62,820 bases of DNA from an uncultured virus (IMG/VR IMGVR_UViG_3300005549_000008) (taxonomy: Duplodnaviria; Heunggongvirae; Uroviricota; Caudoviricetes). Below are positions 1 to 8,592 of the stretch, one piece after another (positions within the stretch are counted from its first letter, which is position 1; every line of letters begins with the position of its first letter). The DNA lies in the IMG/VR virus record IMGVR_UViG_3300005549_000008; one strand, given 5' to 3'. The translations under genes and the position numbers were made by a program. Under the pieces are notes generated by a model. The model did no database searches, was not told the origin of the DNA, and saw nothing but the letters and a program-made list of their open reading frames with translations.

Positions 1-750
1 GGTGCCGCGCAGGGCACCGTCGGAGTCGATGGGATCCGACGGCGCTACGCCCATGTCATCACCAACGAACAGCGGCGTATCCTGGCCTGGTTCGTAGAAG
101 GCGTATCCGATCTTCGATTGACCCGTTTCGTAGCGCCGATTGGTGTCCCAGGTCAGCAGTCGATAGCCGTTGCTCTCGTAGTCGAAGGTATCGGGGTTTT
201 CTTTGCCGACCCCAGGATCGGTTGCTAGCCACACGTTGCGCAGGACACGATGGTCATCCAAGTCCGGCACCTTGATCCCGGAATTGCGATGGAGCTCGTG
301 GCGCGGATCAGACTGTCCTACTTGCCGCAGATCACCGTCGACCGTGGCCCAGAAAATAACGGAGCCGAGAATCCCGCGCCGGTGCGCTTCGCGTTGCGCT
401 TCCTGTTTGGCTTCACCCCTCGTGGCGTAGCCGCGCGAATGCCCGACGCCGAGGTGCGTCCCGCCGCGCTGCACCAGATCCACGTACCAGCGCCCCGAGC
501 TCGAGTGCTGATGCAGAATAAAGTCATCCTGTGCGGCCTGCGTGCCGCTATAGATGCCTGGGTTCACGACGAGATCGCGCGCCGAGCCGCGCCAGCTGCC
601 GCGGCGCTCAGGCTCAAACGGCCGCTCCTGACTCTGGTGCTCGCGGCTGAGGGCACGCAGGCGGACCTTCGTACCCATGCGCGGCGCCGCCAGCGGTCCT
701 TCCTGGCGCTGAGGCGGCTTCGGGAAACGGTTGGGACGGTGCCGAGGCAT
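1..750 (-). CDS. Hypothetical protein, runs off the window (MPRHRPNRF...GALRGT)
   Basis: Manually translated open frame from ATG at 750 to position 1, absent from the ORF track; directly follows a conserved promoter motif. Confidence 0.7.
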   Translation of the reverse strand, partial: MPRHRPNRFPKPPQRQEGPLAAPRMGTKVRLRALSREHQSQERPFEPERRGSWRGSARDLVVNPGIYSGTQAAQDDFILHQHSSSGRWYVDLVQRGGTHLGVGHSRGYATRGEAKQEAQREAHRRGILGSVIFWATVDGDLRQVGQSDPRHELHRNSGIKVPDLDDHRVLRNVWLATDPGVGKENPDTFDYESNGYRLLTWDTNRRYETGQSKIGYAFYEPGQDTPLFVGDDMGVAPSDPIDSDGALRGT

Positions 751-757
751 GCCTCCG

Positions 758-800
758 AGGCTACCGAACCTCCTCCTCTCCCCGCAAGTTTTCGGGCCGA
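758..800 (-). promoter_or_regulatory. Conserved viral promoter motif copy 1
   Basis: TCGGCCCGAAAAC-TTGCGG-N18-TAGCCT, 7 nt before ATG 750. Confidence 0.7.
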
Positions 801-802
801 AT

Positions 803-1534
803 TCACGGACATTCCCAAGTCTGGGCTGCCAGCGCTGCCTTGAACTCCATGAAAATATCGTCCTGCGCGAGCGTAGTGTTCATTTCGGGGCCGCTGCAGA
901 CCTCGGTACCCGTGGAATTGAACGGACTACGATCAGGATCCGAAGCGCGACTGACGACCGTGGCTACCTTCCACCCGGTCGCGGTGGGCTCGAGTTCGAA
1001 GCGAAAGTAGCCCTGCGCGCTGAGCTTGAAGTTGCAGGTGTCGGTGAGCTCGGTGCCGCACTCTCCAATGTCAGCGATGATGTAGGGCGCTGCAGGAATC
1101 GTGACGTCCGCTTCGATCGTAGTGCCCTCGAGCTGAAACGGATAGGTCCAGTAGACCTCGGGGAACGTCGCGCACGGCGTGGTGTGGCACACTTCGCAGT
1201 AGCCCAGCGACTCACTGGTGTAGTCCTGCCATGTAAACGTTTCGAGGAAACGCAGATCGAGCTCGGCAATCGAGCAGGCTGGCTCCGGGGGAGCTCCGCC
1301 GCTCGCGCTGCCGCCGCCACTGATCGCTCCACCTTGCCCCGCGACAGCGCCGCCCGTCCCGGGGGAGCCAGCGCTGCCGGCACTGCCACCCGAGCCTGCA
1401 GCCGGTCCGCTGCCGGCGCCCGCGGCGCCCGCCGTCGGTCCCGACCCACCTGTGAGCTCGGCAGCCGCTTGAAAGTCCGCGCCGCAACCGCACACCAGCA
1501 GCGCCACACCCATCAGAGCACGCAAATCAGCCAT
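803..1534 (-). CDS. Putative lipoprotein with Gly/Ala/Ser-rich linker
   Basis: Hydrophobic N-terminus ending LLVCGC, long GGSGGSAG linker, Cys-rich body; resembles myxobacterial lipoproteins. Confidence 0.7.
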   Translation of the reverse strand: MADLRALMGVALLVCGCGADFQAAAELTGGSGPTAGAAGAGSGPAAGSGGSAGSAGSPGTGGAVAGQGGAISGGGSASGGAPPEPACSIAELDLRFLETFTWQDYTSESLGYCEVCHTTPCATFPEVYWTYPFQLEGTTIEADVTIPAAPYIIADIGECGTELTDTCNFKLSAQGYFRFELEPTATGWKVATVVSRASDPDRSPFNSTGTEVCSGPEMNTTLAQDDIFMEFKAALAAQTWECP

Positions 1535-1569
1535 GCCCTAGTATACGGCCGGACCGCCTGGTCGCTTCC

Positions 1570-2130
1570 CTAGACGATGGTCGGGGGAAATGGCAGGCGT
1601 TTCATGGTCTGTAGGTGCGTGTAGGATATCCACATGCTCCCCTCGCGCTGACTGTCCACGGCAGCGTATTCTTCGGGCAAGTAGCGACGCCTCTCGCGCT
1701 CGGCGCCGTAGATGATCAGGGTGTTTTCACGGTGCGGCACGTGGGCGATCACCTGGCGGCGCGTCACAATATCCCAGAATTTCTCGCTACCACAGGCGTT
1801 CCCGTCCGAATTGGATCCCAGGTAAATGACCACCGGTGCGCGCGCGATCAACTGCTCGATGCCTGACCAGCGGTTCAGCGGCCAGGACGCGAATGCAATG
1901 TCGATGGGCTCGTAGTAGTCGCTGAAGTCCGAGCGCACCTTCCGAATCGTGGGCGGCAACGGGCGGTTGTTGCCGTCGAAGTACAGGTCTACTGCCACCA
2001 CCTGGGCCGCACCGAGCTGCACGAGCTGGCGCGACAGTCCCATGCTGGCGGCGCCGAGATCATGCACGGTTTGGTTCAGGATCACCGAGCGTAATGCGAC
2101 GGTTTGTTCGACGTTGAGGGTGCCCCACAT
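1570..2130 (-). CDS. Putative class I SAM-dependent methyltransferase-like protein
   Basis: VHDLGAA...VVAVD resembles SAM-binding motifs I and II. Confidence 0.45.
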   Translation of the reverse strand: MWGTLNVEQTVALRSVILNQTVHDLGAASMGLSRQLVQLGAAQVVAVDLYFDGNNRPLPPTIRKVRSDFSDYYEPIDIAFASWPLNRWSGIEQLIARAPVVIYLGSNSDGNACGSEKFWDIVTRRQVIAHVPHRENTLIIYGAERERRRYLPEEYAAVDSQREGSMWISYTHLQTMKRLPFPPTIV

Positions 2131-2483
2131 CAGTCGAGGTGTACGGAGGACGCCGGATCAATCTTCCCCGTCTCGAGCGCGAGGGCACGGCGGGCGGCGC
2201 GTTCCGCCAGGCCGGCATACCGGTCGAGCTCGACCAGATCTCCTTCTTCGAAGTACGTCACGCACACCCGCGCCTTGTCTAGTGCTTCAGCCAGTACCCG
2301 ACGCCGCCGACTGCGCGGAGGAGCATCCAGATCCGAGAATGCTCGCTCCGCCCGCGCGAGCGCGCGCGCCGCCGTCTGATGTGCCGTATTCCAGGTCAGC
2401 GACCCGTAGCGCACATCGGACGCATCCAGAGCCGCCAGCGCAACGGATAGGCACGCCCAGGCTACGCCGGAAGGATCAGCCAC
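2130..2483 (-). CDS. Hypothetical protein
   Basis: ORF tightly packed between neighbours with overlapping start and stop. Confidence 0.6.
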   Translation of the reverse strand: MADPSGVAWACLSVALAALDASDVRYGSLTWNTAHQTAARALARAERAFSDLDAPPRSRRRRVLAEALDKARVCVTYFEEGDLVELDRYAGLAERAARRALALETGKIDPASSVHLD

Positions 2484-2874
2484 CGCCCGCTACGACCGAC
2501 AGAGCACTGATGGGCAGATCGCGCCAACCTGCAGAATTCAGCAGTTTGCACGCCGCGAACGTGATGCCTCCCTCGGTGTCGACGTCGCGAATGTACACGT
2601 CATTCACGACCATGCGTGCAGCATTGGCTTCCTCGGCCACGACCACGACTTGACCGCGCCAGGTGGTGACATCGGCGGTGAGGGCATCGCTGATCTCGTC
2701 CAACGCGGTGACCTGAATGGCCGCCACCAGATTGCCGTCGTACCAGAGCACTGCGGCAACACCGTCCACTACCGTCTGAGCGTTGCCGAACATCGGCGGC
2801 TGCGGACTCACCGCACCCACTGCAACCGGGGTGCGGATGCGCGGAGACACAATACTACCTGCTACAATGGTCAT
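2476..2874 (-). CDS. Hypothetical protein, paralog of 2881-3291
   Basis: Shares GAVSPQPPMFG, VLWYDG, ALDEISDA, VNDVY and GWRDLPI with its neighbour. Confidence 0.8.
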   Translation of the reverse strand: MTIVAGSIVSPRIRTPVAVGAVSPQPPMFGNAQTVVDGVAAVLWYDGNLVAAIQVTALDEISDALTADVTTWRGQVVVVAEEANAARMVVNDVYIRDVDTEGGITFAACKLLNSAGWRDLPISALSVVAGGG

Positions 2875-2880
2875 CTTTGG

Positions 2881-3291
2881 TTACCCGCCGCCTGCAACAA
2901 CGGTCACGGCTGTTATCGGCAAATCGCGCCAGCCATCGGAGTTGACCAGTTTGCATGCCACGAACGTCAGGTTGTCCCCATCGACGTCGCGCACGTAGAC
3001 GTCGTTCACCATCATGCGCGCCGCATTGGCTTGACCCGTCACCGCGACCACCTGGCCGCGTAGCTCGAGGTTGCCCGCGGAAGCGTCGCTGATCTCGTCG
3101 AGCGCCGCCACCTCGATATCGAGCACGAGTTTGCCGTCGTACCAGAGCACGTCGGCAGCCGTAGCATCCAGGTCCTGCACCTTCCCGAACATCGGCGGCT
3201 GCGGACTCACCGCACCAGCCTGTAAATCGGCACCGGCACCGCTCGGCTTTCGAATTCTGGGAGACACGACGGACCCGATCGCAATGGCCAT
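2881..3291 (-). CDS. Hypothetical protein, paralog of 2476-2874
   Basis: Same shared blocks; starts 7 nt after a promoter -10 element. Confidence 0.8.
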   Translation of the reverse strand: MAIAIGSVVSPRIRKPSGAGADLQAGAVSPQPPMFGKVQDLDATAADVLWYDGKLVLDIEVAALDEISDASAGNLELRGQVVAVTGQANAARMMVNDVYVRDVDGDNLTFVACKLVNSDGWRDLPITAVTVVAGGG

Positions 3292-3298
3292 GCGCCGG

Positions 3299-3342
3299 AT
3301 GCTACCGAGGCAGCCTGCATGTCGTCAACTTTTTGGCAGCGA
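3299..3342 (-). promoter_or_regulatory. Conserved viral promoter motif copy 2
   Basis: TCGCTGCCAAAAAG-TTGACG-N18-TAGCAT, 7 nt before ATG 3291. Confidence 0.7.
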
Positions 3343-3348
3343 ATCGTC

Positions 3349-4170
3349 CTACTGAGACCCACGGCTCAGCCACAGCATACGAAATGGGCCGGTATCCGGG
3401 ACGAGCGCCTCACTCAGGGTATTGGTCCGAATCTGCCCATCGTGCCCTACGCTGGCGAGCCGAAACCCCGCTTGCTGGATAGCGACCAGAAACTGCTCCG
3501 GATCGGTGACGTCTCTCGGATTGAACTCCATCAGCACGGTCACATTGGGATTTCTTGCTAGCGTCTCTTGCATTCCGGTCCAGATTTGGCGCTCGTGCCC
3601 CTCGGCATCGATCTTGATGAACTCGATCGGGGACAAGGGAATAAGCTCATCGATCGTCGTGATCTCGACCGGCATTCCCTTGTTGCTGATCTTCGCCGCG
3701 CCGTAGTCATAGTCGTTCCAGTCCAACCACCCTACGGTGCGCATATCGCTGGCTGCGCGCGGATACGGGTAGACCCTAGATCGTAAGCCATTGACATCCA
3801 GTGTGCGCAGCAGGTGTTCAAAAATGATCGCGTGGGGCTCCAGCGCATACACGTGACCCGTCTCACCGACCAACTCCGCCAGGAGCAGCGTGTAGTAACC
3901 GAAGTTCGCGCCGACATCGACACAGCGCATCCCGGGCTTCACGAACCGCGCCACCGCTTGGCTGATCCACATCTCCCAGCAACCGTTCAGCATAAGGTGC
4001 GGCGCGAGGGAGGTATCCTTCGTGTACACATACATCAAGTACTTACCCAGCACACGGCACAGCGCCCGCTCCTGCCCACAGTAGGCTACCTGCGTGTGCC
4101 GGCGACACCACGTTTCCAGCACGTCCCGATCCTCCGTTGCAATCAGCCGCCCGATATCCATTTCGTTCAC
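3349..4170 (-). CDS. FkbM-family methyltransferase
   Basis: VDVGANFGYY, YALEP and FIKIDAEGHE motifs. Confidence 0.9.
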   Translation of the reverse strand: MNEMDIGRLIATEDRDVLETWCRRHTQVAYCGQERALCRVLGKYLMYVYTKDTSLAPHLMLNGCWEMWISQAVARFVKPGMRCVDVGANFGYYTLLLAELVGETGHVYALEPHAIIFEHLLRTLDVNGLRSRVYPYPRAASDMRTVGWLDWNDYDYGAAKISNKGMPVEITTIDELIPLSPIEFIKIDAEGHERQIWTGMQETLARNPNVTVLMEFNPRDVTDPEQFLVAIQQAGFRLASVGHDGQIRTNTLSEALVPDTGPFRMLWLSRGSQ

Positions 4171-4835
4171 TCCTTTGTCACCTGCACGTAGCGCTCCGGA
4201 TCATTCCACATCGCTCTCGCCGCGATCAATGGAATGCGGGTAGTGCGACCCTCCAACATGTCGATGATTATGCCACGCAGCAGCGCGGCGCGCGTGGTAC
4301 CGATGGCTTTGGCTCGGCGAGTGAGCGCGATCTCTACTCCGCGCGGCACGCGCGCAAATGCTTTCCATGGCCAGGTTTTTCTTTTGCTGATGTGCAAGAT
4401 TTGCCCGCGGTATCTCCAGTACGCCGCTACCCAGGACGGGTTTGCCTGTTGATTCAGAAAACAGTGCACCAAACTGCGTAGCAGCACCGCGGGAGCGAGC
4501 TGACGGCGCTCGCAGTACGCTGACCAGTCCTTCCATACTGCTTCTGGCATCGTTACGTCTAGCGCGGCCAACACCACTTCGTCTTGTTGGCGCACCAAGG
4601 TCGATGGCAAGCGACCACGCGCTACCTCCTCGGCGCGGAGCTCGGTCATCGCCACTTGCAGCACCTCGAGCTGAACTCCTAACGCTTGCGCCAGTTCCGC
4701 AGGCGTCTGGTCGCGCCGCCGAGGCCACTGCGTGAGCTTGAGCTGATCAATCAACCACCGGCGAAAGCCGAGTGTTGGTTTTTTCCCGGAAGATCCGGCG
4801 GTAGCGCTCTTCTGCGTCTTCGTACCCTGTACCAT
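4167..4835 (-). CDS. Hypothetical DNA-binding protein, possibly two ribbon-helix-helix units
   Basis: Two repeats of strand plus helix ending AVLLRSLV / AALLRGII. Confidence 0.5.
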   Translation of the reverse strand: MVQGTKTQKSATAGSSGKKPTLGFRRWLIDQLKLTQWPRRRDQTPAELAQALGVQLEVLQVAMTELRAEEVARGRLPSTLVRQQDEVVLAALDVTMPEAVWKDWSAYCERRQLAPAVLLRSLVHCFLNQQANPSWVAAYWRYRGQILHISKRKTWPWKAFARVPRGVEIALTRRAKAIGTTRAALLRGIIIDMLEGRTTRIPLIAARAMWNDPERYVQVTKE

Positions 4836-5301
4836 CTCTGTTCAGGAATCCCCACCGCTGGATTTTCTTACCAGCGATGAACAACGTCCAACAGCCTCCC
4901 TTGCGCATCTGCACCCGATGAAAGTCGTTACCGCGAATCACGTTGATCATCAGCGGCTTGAGGACTCGCTCGATAATGTCACCGAGCTCGATACTGTACC
5001 GCTCTTCGATATAGCCGCCGGTCAAAATGAGGCTCACCGAAACACCCCAGGGGTGGTTGTGAACTTCGCGGTCGTGGTCGCCACGATAGAAGTAGTGCAA
5101 GAAGACGCCTGGCCACCAGCGTTGCTCCACGATCGGAGTCAGGTAGCACCGCAACAGGTAAGGACTACCTTCGTCATCCTCGATGATTCGGCAACGATGC
5201 TTCAGTCGACGCACCAGTTTCCACAGCACGTCCTCGACCACGATCTCTAAACCCGTGCGGGCGGCGAGCTCGGGCACTTCGTTGGGAAGAGGTAGCTCCA
5301 T
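4747..5301 (-). CDS. Phage hypothetical protein with cupin-like His motifs
   Basis: DHDREVHNHPW...ILTGGYIE...FHRV...WTLF...WGF. Confidence 0.6.
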   Translation of the reverse strand: MELPLPNEVPELAARTGLEIVVEDVLWKLVRRLKHRCRIIEDDEGSPYLLRCYLTPIVEQRWWPGVFLHYFYRGDHDREVHNHPWGVSVSLILTGGYIEERYSIELGDIIERVLKPLMINVIRGNDFHRVQMRKGGCWTLFIAGKKIQRWGFLNRDGTGYEDAEERYRRIFREKTNTRLSPVVD

Positions 5302-5660
5302 CAGTTTGCCGAGGACAGCAGCAGCGGGGAGGGAGCCTTGACGAGGCGGGTCATGAACATGATCAGAGCAGGATCGATCAGCAGCTCAATCACGGCTTGT
5401 TTCGGCGTCGTTAGCCGCACCACCAACCGCTCTCCATCTTCCGTCGTTCCCTCGAGCCATGCACCGGTAAGAATCTGTGTCAACGCCGGGCTACCATTAT
5501 CCGTGACCAGACTGTCGAGCACGTCACGCTGAAGCTCCGCATCGTCGGAGTGGGGCGCGCTCACCTTGCGAGCGTATTCGCTCACCGCGTACGGCTCTCG
5601 CAGCTGAATCACCACCAACTGTCCCAGGTACCGCATGAAGGGGTCGGTTCGTTTGCTCAT
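5301..5660 (-). CDS. Hypothetical protein
   Basis: Start MSKRT at 5660 overlaps the upstream stop. Confidence 0.55.
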   Translation of the reverse strand: MSKRTDPFMRYLGQLVVIQLREPYAVSEYARKVSAPHSDDAELQRDVLDSLVTDNGSPALTQILTGAWLEGTTEDGERLVVRLTTPKQAVIELLIDPALIMFMTRLVKAPSPLLLSSAN

Positions 5661-5920
5661 TGGTTTTCCTTGGTCTCTACCTTTTGGGTTTTCGTTGTTT
5701 TGGTTTCGACTTTTCGCTTGCACTGATCGCAGGTCGCATTATCTGGCCACTCGGGTCCCACGAAATCGAAGTCAGCCGGCTGGACACTGGCATCAGGGAG
5801 GATCACCGCCGTCACCCCGCATTCGGCGATCACGACGGACACAGTCACGTCGTCATTGAAGTCGGCGATATGGATGAGCACGGGATTACCTGGTTTCGCG
5901 GTCTGACGATTCTCGGGCAT
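5657..5920 (-). CDS. Hypothetical protein
   Basis: Operon-packed ORF with CxxC. Confidence 0.45.
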   Translation of the reverse strand: MPENRQTAKPGNPVLIHIADFNDDVTVSVVIAECGVTAVILPDASVQPADFDFVGPEWPDNATCDQCKRKVETKTTKTQKVETKENQ

Positions 5921-6410
5921 CGTGGCGCTGAGCCAGCACCGTACCGTTGACCTCTAACGACAACAACGTCAATGCCACGAGCTCGTGCCAGTAACGATTG
6001 ACCGCCGGGCGGTACTGAAATATAGCCGCCAACTTGGGCAGACGCGACCAGTCTGCGCTGTCTATGATGAGCTGAGCCGCAGCGGTCAGATCCGCGTCTG
6101 ACATGAACTGGTCGACGCGCGGCCAAGGATCGGCAATGCCATCAGCCATCTCGTACGTGGCAGCGAAGATGTCTGGCTTGCAGGGATAGAACTCTCCCTT
6201 CACTCCGCGAATGATGTAGTCACCGGCACTGGCTAAGTGATCACCCTCCAAGGTAGGGATCATCAACGAGCCTCGAGTCAGATCGGTGAGGTTAGGCTGG
6301 AACTTGGCTCCCGGGATATCGAACTGCTCGAACACCTGCACGGCGCCCTCGGGCGTTCCATCGAACTTCACCGCCTCGATTACGACCGGCTTCTTCCTAA
6401 ATTTCGCCAT
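5886..6410 (-). CDS. Conserved phage protein (KFRKKPVVIEA family)
   Basis: MAKFRKKPVVIEAV...IPTLEG...GDYIIRGVKGEFYPCKPDIFAATYE. Confidence 0.8.
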   Translation of the reverse strand: MAKFRKKPVVIEAVKFDGTPEGAVQVFEQFDIPGAKFQPNLTDLTRGSLMIPTLEGDHLASAGDYIIRGVKGEFYPCKPDIFAATYEMADGIADPWPRVDQFMSDADLTAAAQLIIDSADWSRLPKLAAIFQYRPAVNRYWHELVALTLLSLEVNGTVLAQRHDARESSDRETR

Positions 6411-6720
6411 CCAAATCGTTCCTTTCGCCTGCGCTCCGTGCCTGCTCGCCGACTCGAGCTGCCCATCTTCGGAAGTCCACCAGTGTTGGCCTGCGCCAAT
6501 CGTGACCGCGACGCAGCGCCTGCGTCATCACACCCGGCAACGACATCAAGAGCTCGCGTTTCGTCCGCCCCACCGCCAGCACTTTTCGGCCGCAGCGCCG
6601 CTGGACGAGCACATAGCAACCCACGCCATGAAGCGCCATCTGCATTGCAACCCGAAAGCTGCCAGTCTTATCTCGCCGGTGCAGACGACGAATGTATGGG
6701 GTGTACTTGGGATTTTTCAT
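6397..6720 (-). CDS. Hypothetical basic protein
   Basis: ATGA overlap with the methyltransferase stop. Confidence 0.5.
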   Translation of the reverse strand: MKNPKYTPYIRRLHRRDKTGSFRVAMQMALHGVGCYVLVQRRCGRKVLAVGRTKRELLMSLPGVMTQALRRGHDWRRPTLVDFRRWAARVGEQARSAGERNDLDGEI

Positions 6721-7523
6721 GGAGCGGCGCTCACCAAGATCTCGGAGACCGCGCCTCGCTTCGCCGCATCCTTGTTGATCCTCCGCGTGGCCTGGACGGT
6801 ATCGATGCTGAATCCGCTGAAGATGCGTCGCGTCTCAGGCGTGTCGGAGTTAGATAGCAGGAAGGGCACCTTGCGATCGATCAATTGGGCGCAGAGCCCA
6901 GCTAGTCGCTCCTGGTCCTTCGGTTGAAAGCCACCCGATTGGTACCCGGTGAAGTTGGCGGTTCCGGACACCGGCATGTAGGGCGGATCAAAGTAGACGG
7001 CATCACCCGGTCCAGCATTGAAGCAAAGGCTCTCGAAGTCTCCTTCGCAGATTGCGATACCCTGAAGTGCTTCAGATGCTGCGCGCAGGGCGACTTCGTT
7101 GCAGATCATGGGATTCACGTATCGACCAAAAGGCACATTGAACTTGCCGGCCTTGTTCACGCGATAGAGCCCGTTGAAGCCCGTGCGATTGAGGTAAACC
7201 ATACGGGCGGATCGTGACAACATGTCGACCGGTTCGGTTGCACGGATTCGATAGTATTCTGCCTCGCTGTATTCCATCCCTCGGAGACGCAGGATCAGCT
7301 TCTCGACGTCGTCACGGATGATCTGGTAGAGCCGGACCAGATCGGTGTTCGTGTCACCGAGCAGAGCGCGCTCGAATCGCTTCTCACTGGCCAACGCAAA
7401 GAACACCGCGGCGCCGCCGACGAACGGCTCGTAGTAGGTTCGGATCTTTGCTGGGAGTCGGGGCAGGATCTCGGGCAGTAGCTGACGTTTACCGCCGGCC
7501 CACTTTAGAATCGGCTCAGCCAC
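6717..7523 (-). CDS. dam: DNA adenine methyltransferase (Dam, D12 class)
   Basis: LKWAGGK, YYEPFVGG, LNRTGFNGLYRVN and YFDPPY motifs. Confidence 0.95.
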   Translation of the reverse strand: MAEPILKWAGGKRQLLPEILPRLPAKIRTYYEPFVGGAAVFFALASEKRFERALLGDTNTDLVRLYQIIRDDVEKLILRLRGMEYSEAEYYRIRATEPVDMLSRSARMVYLNRTGFNGLYRVNKAGKFNVPFGRYVNPMICNEVALRAASEALQGIAICEGDFESLCFNAGPGDAVYFDPPYMPVSGTANFTGYQSGGFQPKDQERLAGLCAQLIDRKVPFLLSNSDTPETRRIFSGFSIDTVQATRRINKDAAKRGAVSEILVSAAP

Positions 7524-8592
7524 CGGAGCTTACCCGTGCACAGAAGTCCGCGAGCTGAGCATCCCAGGACCACGTCGCTGCCACTCCCGCCGCGTGCGCC
7601 TGTGCCTGAATGTAGAGCTTGTCCCAGTGCAACAAGGCGGTCACCAGCGCCTCCTGGATTTCCTCCTGAGTCACCTCTGGAGCCTGCGCACCCGGATGAT
7701 CATCACTCGGCGCCAGCTCTCCATGAGGCACAATCACCGCGCCCGATGCCGGTAGATACTCCGCGTGCCCAGTGCAGGCCGTCGCCACGACTGGCGTTCC
7801 ACACGCGAGTGCCTCGAGCGGCACTAGGCCAAATGCTTCCGCGCGCGAGGGTTGGCAGACCAGGTGCACCGTGTTGAGCACGATAGCTGCCCGTTGTGGA
7901 GAGAGTTCCAGACGCTGCAGAATTTCTACTGACTCGTCCAATCCGATTTCTGCATCGGCCAGGCGCTCGCGTAGCGCATTGTCCGCTTCCCAGTCTAATA
8001 CACAGATCAGTTGAGCTGTTGATGGGATCGCTCCTTCTTTACGAAGCACCAGCCAGGCTTGCACCAACTCGAACGTGCTCTTGCGACTACGCTCGCTGGA
8101 AGAAAAATGTAGGATCTTCCACTGCCCCAACTTCCACGTCTCGGGACGGAGATCCCGTTTCATACGCAACGAACCAAACTTCGGGTCCAAACCGTGGCGC
8201 ACGACGGTAATCGGACGGGCGGCGGCGCCCGTAAACTGCGTACGCAGCACGTCGGCCGCCCAACGCGAGGGAGCGATAAGATCAGTGGCTACACGCTGCA
8301 CCCTCATCACCACACTACTCGGCAACCGATCACTATTGGGGGCCACCACGACCCAGCGGCGCGTGTGCGTCGTATTGATCAGCATCTGGTCCACGTAGTC
8401 GAGCGGACCCGTAAACACAGCGTGCGGCGCCTGCGCGCCTGGCGGAGACGGTTCTTCTTCATCATGCGGCACATCGAGCGCGACGACTCCAGCTAGCAGC
8501 CCACGGCTTTCCAACGTACGACGGAACCCGCTGGTGACCACCGCATGGGAACTGCTGCCACTCACCCGACCGTACAATCGCACCGAGCTCAA
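7516..8592 (-). CDS. Glycosyltransferase family 4
   Basis: PSRAEAFGLVPLEALACGTPVV (EX7E motif). Confidence 0.9.
   Translation of the reverse strand: MSSVRLYGRVSGSSSHAVVTSGFRRTLESRGLLAGVVALDVPHDEEEPSPPGAQAPHAVFTGPLDYVDQMLINTTHTRRWVVVAPNSDRLPSSVVMRVQRVATDLIAPSRWAADVLRTQFTGAAARPITVVRHGLDPKFGSLRMKRDLRPETWKLGQWKILHFSSSERSRKSTFELVQAWLVLRKEGAIPSTAQLICVLDWEADNALRERLADAEIGLDESVEILQRLELSPQRAAIVLNTVHLVCQPSRAEAFGLVPLEALACGTPVVATACTGHAEYLPASGAVIVPHGELAPSDDHPGAQAPEVTQEEIQEALVTALLHWDKLYIQAQAHAAGVAATWSWDAQLADFCARVSSGG

Noticed and set aside
250..1573. Plus-strand ORFs 250-843 and 731-1573
   Set aside because: Antisense to better supported minus-strand genes in GC-rich DNA
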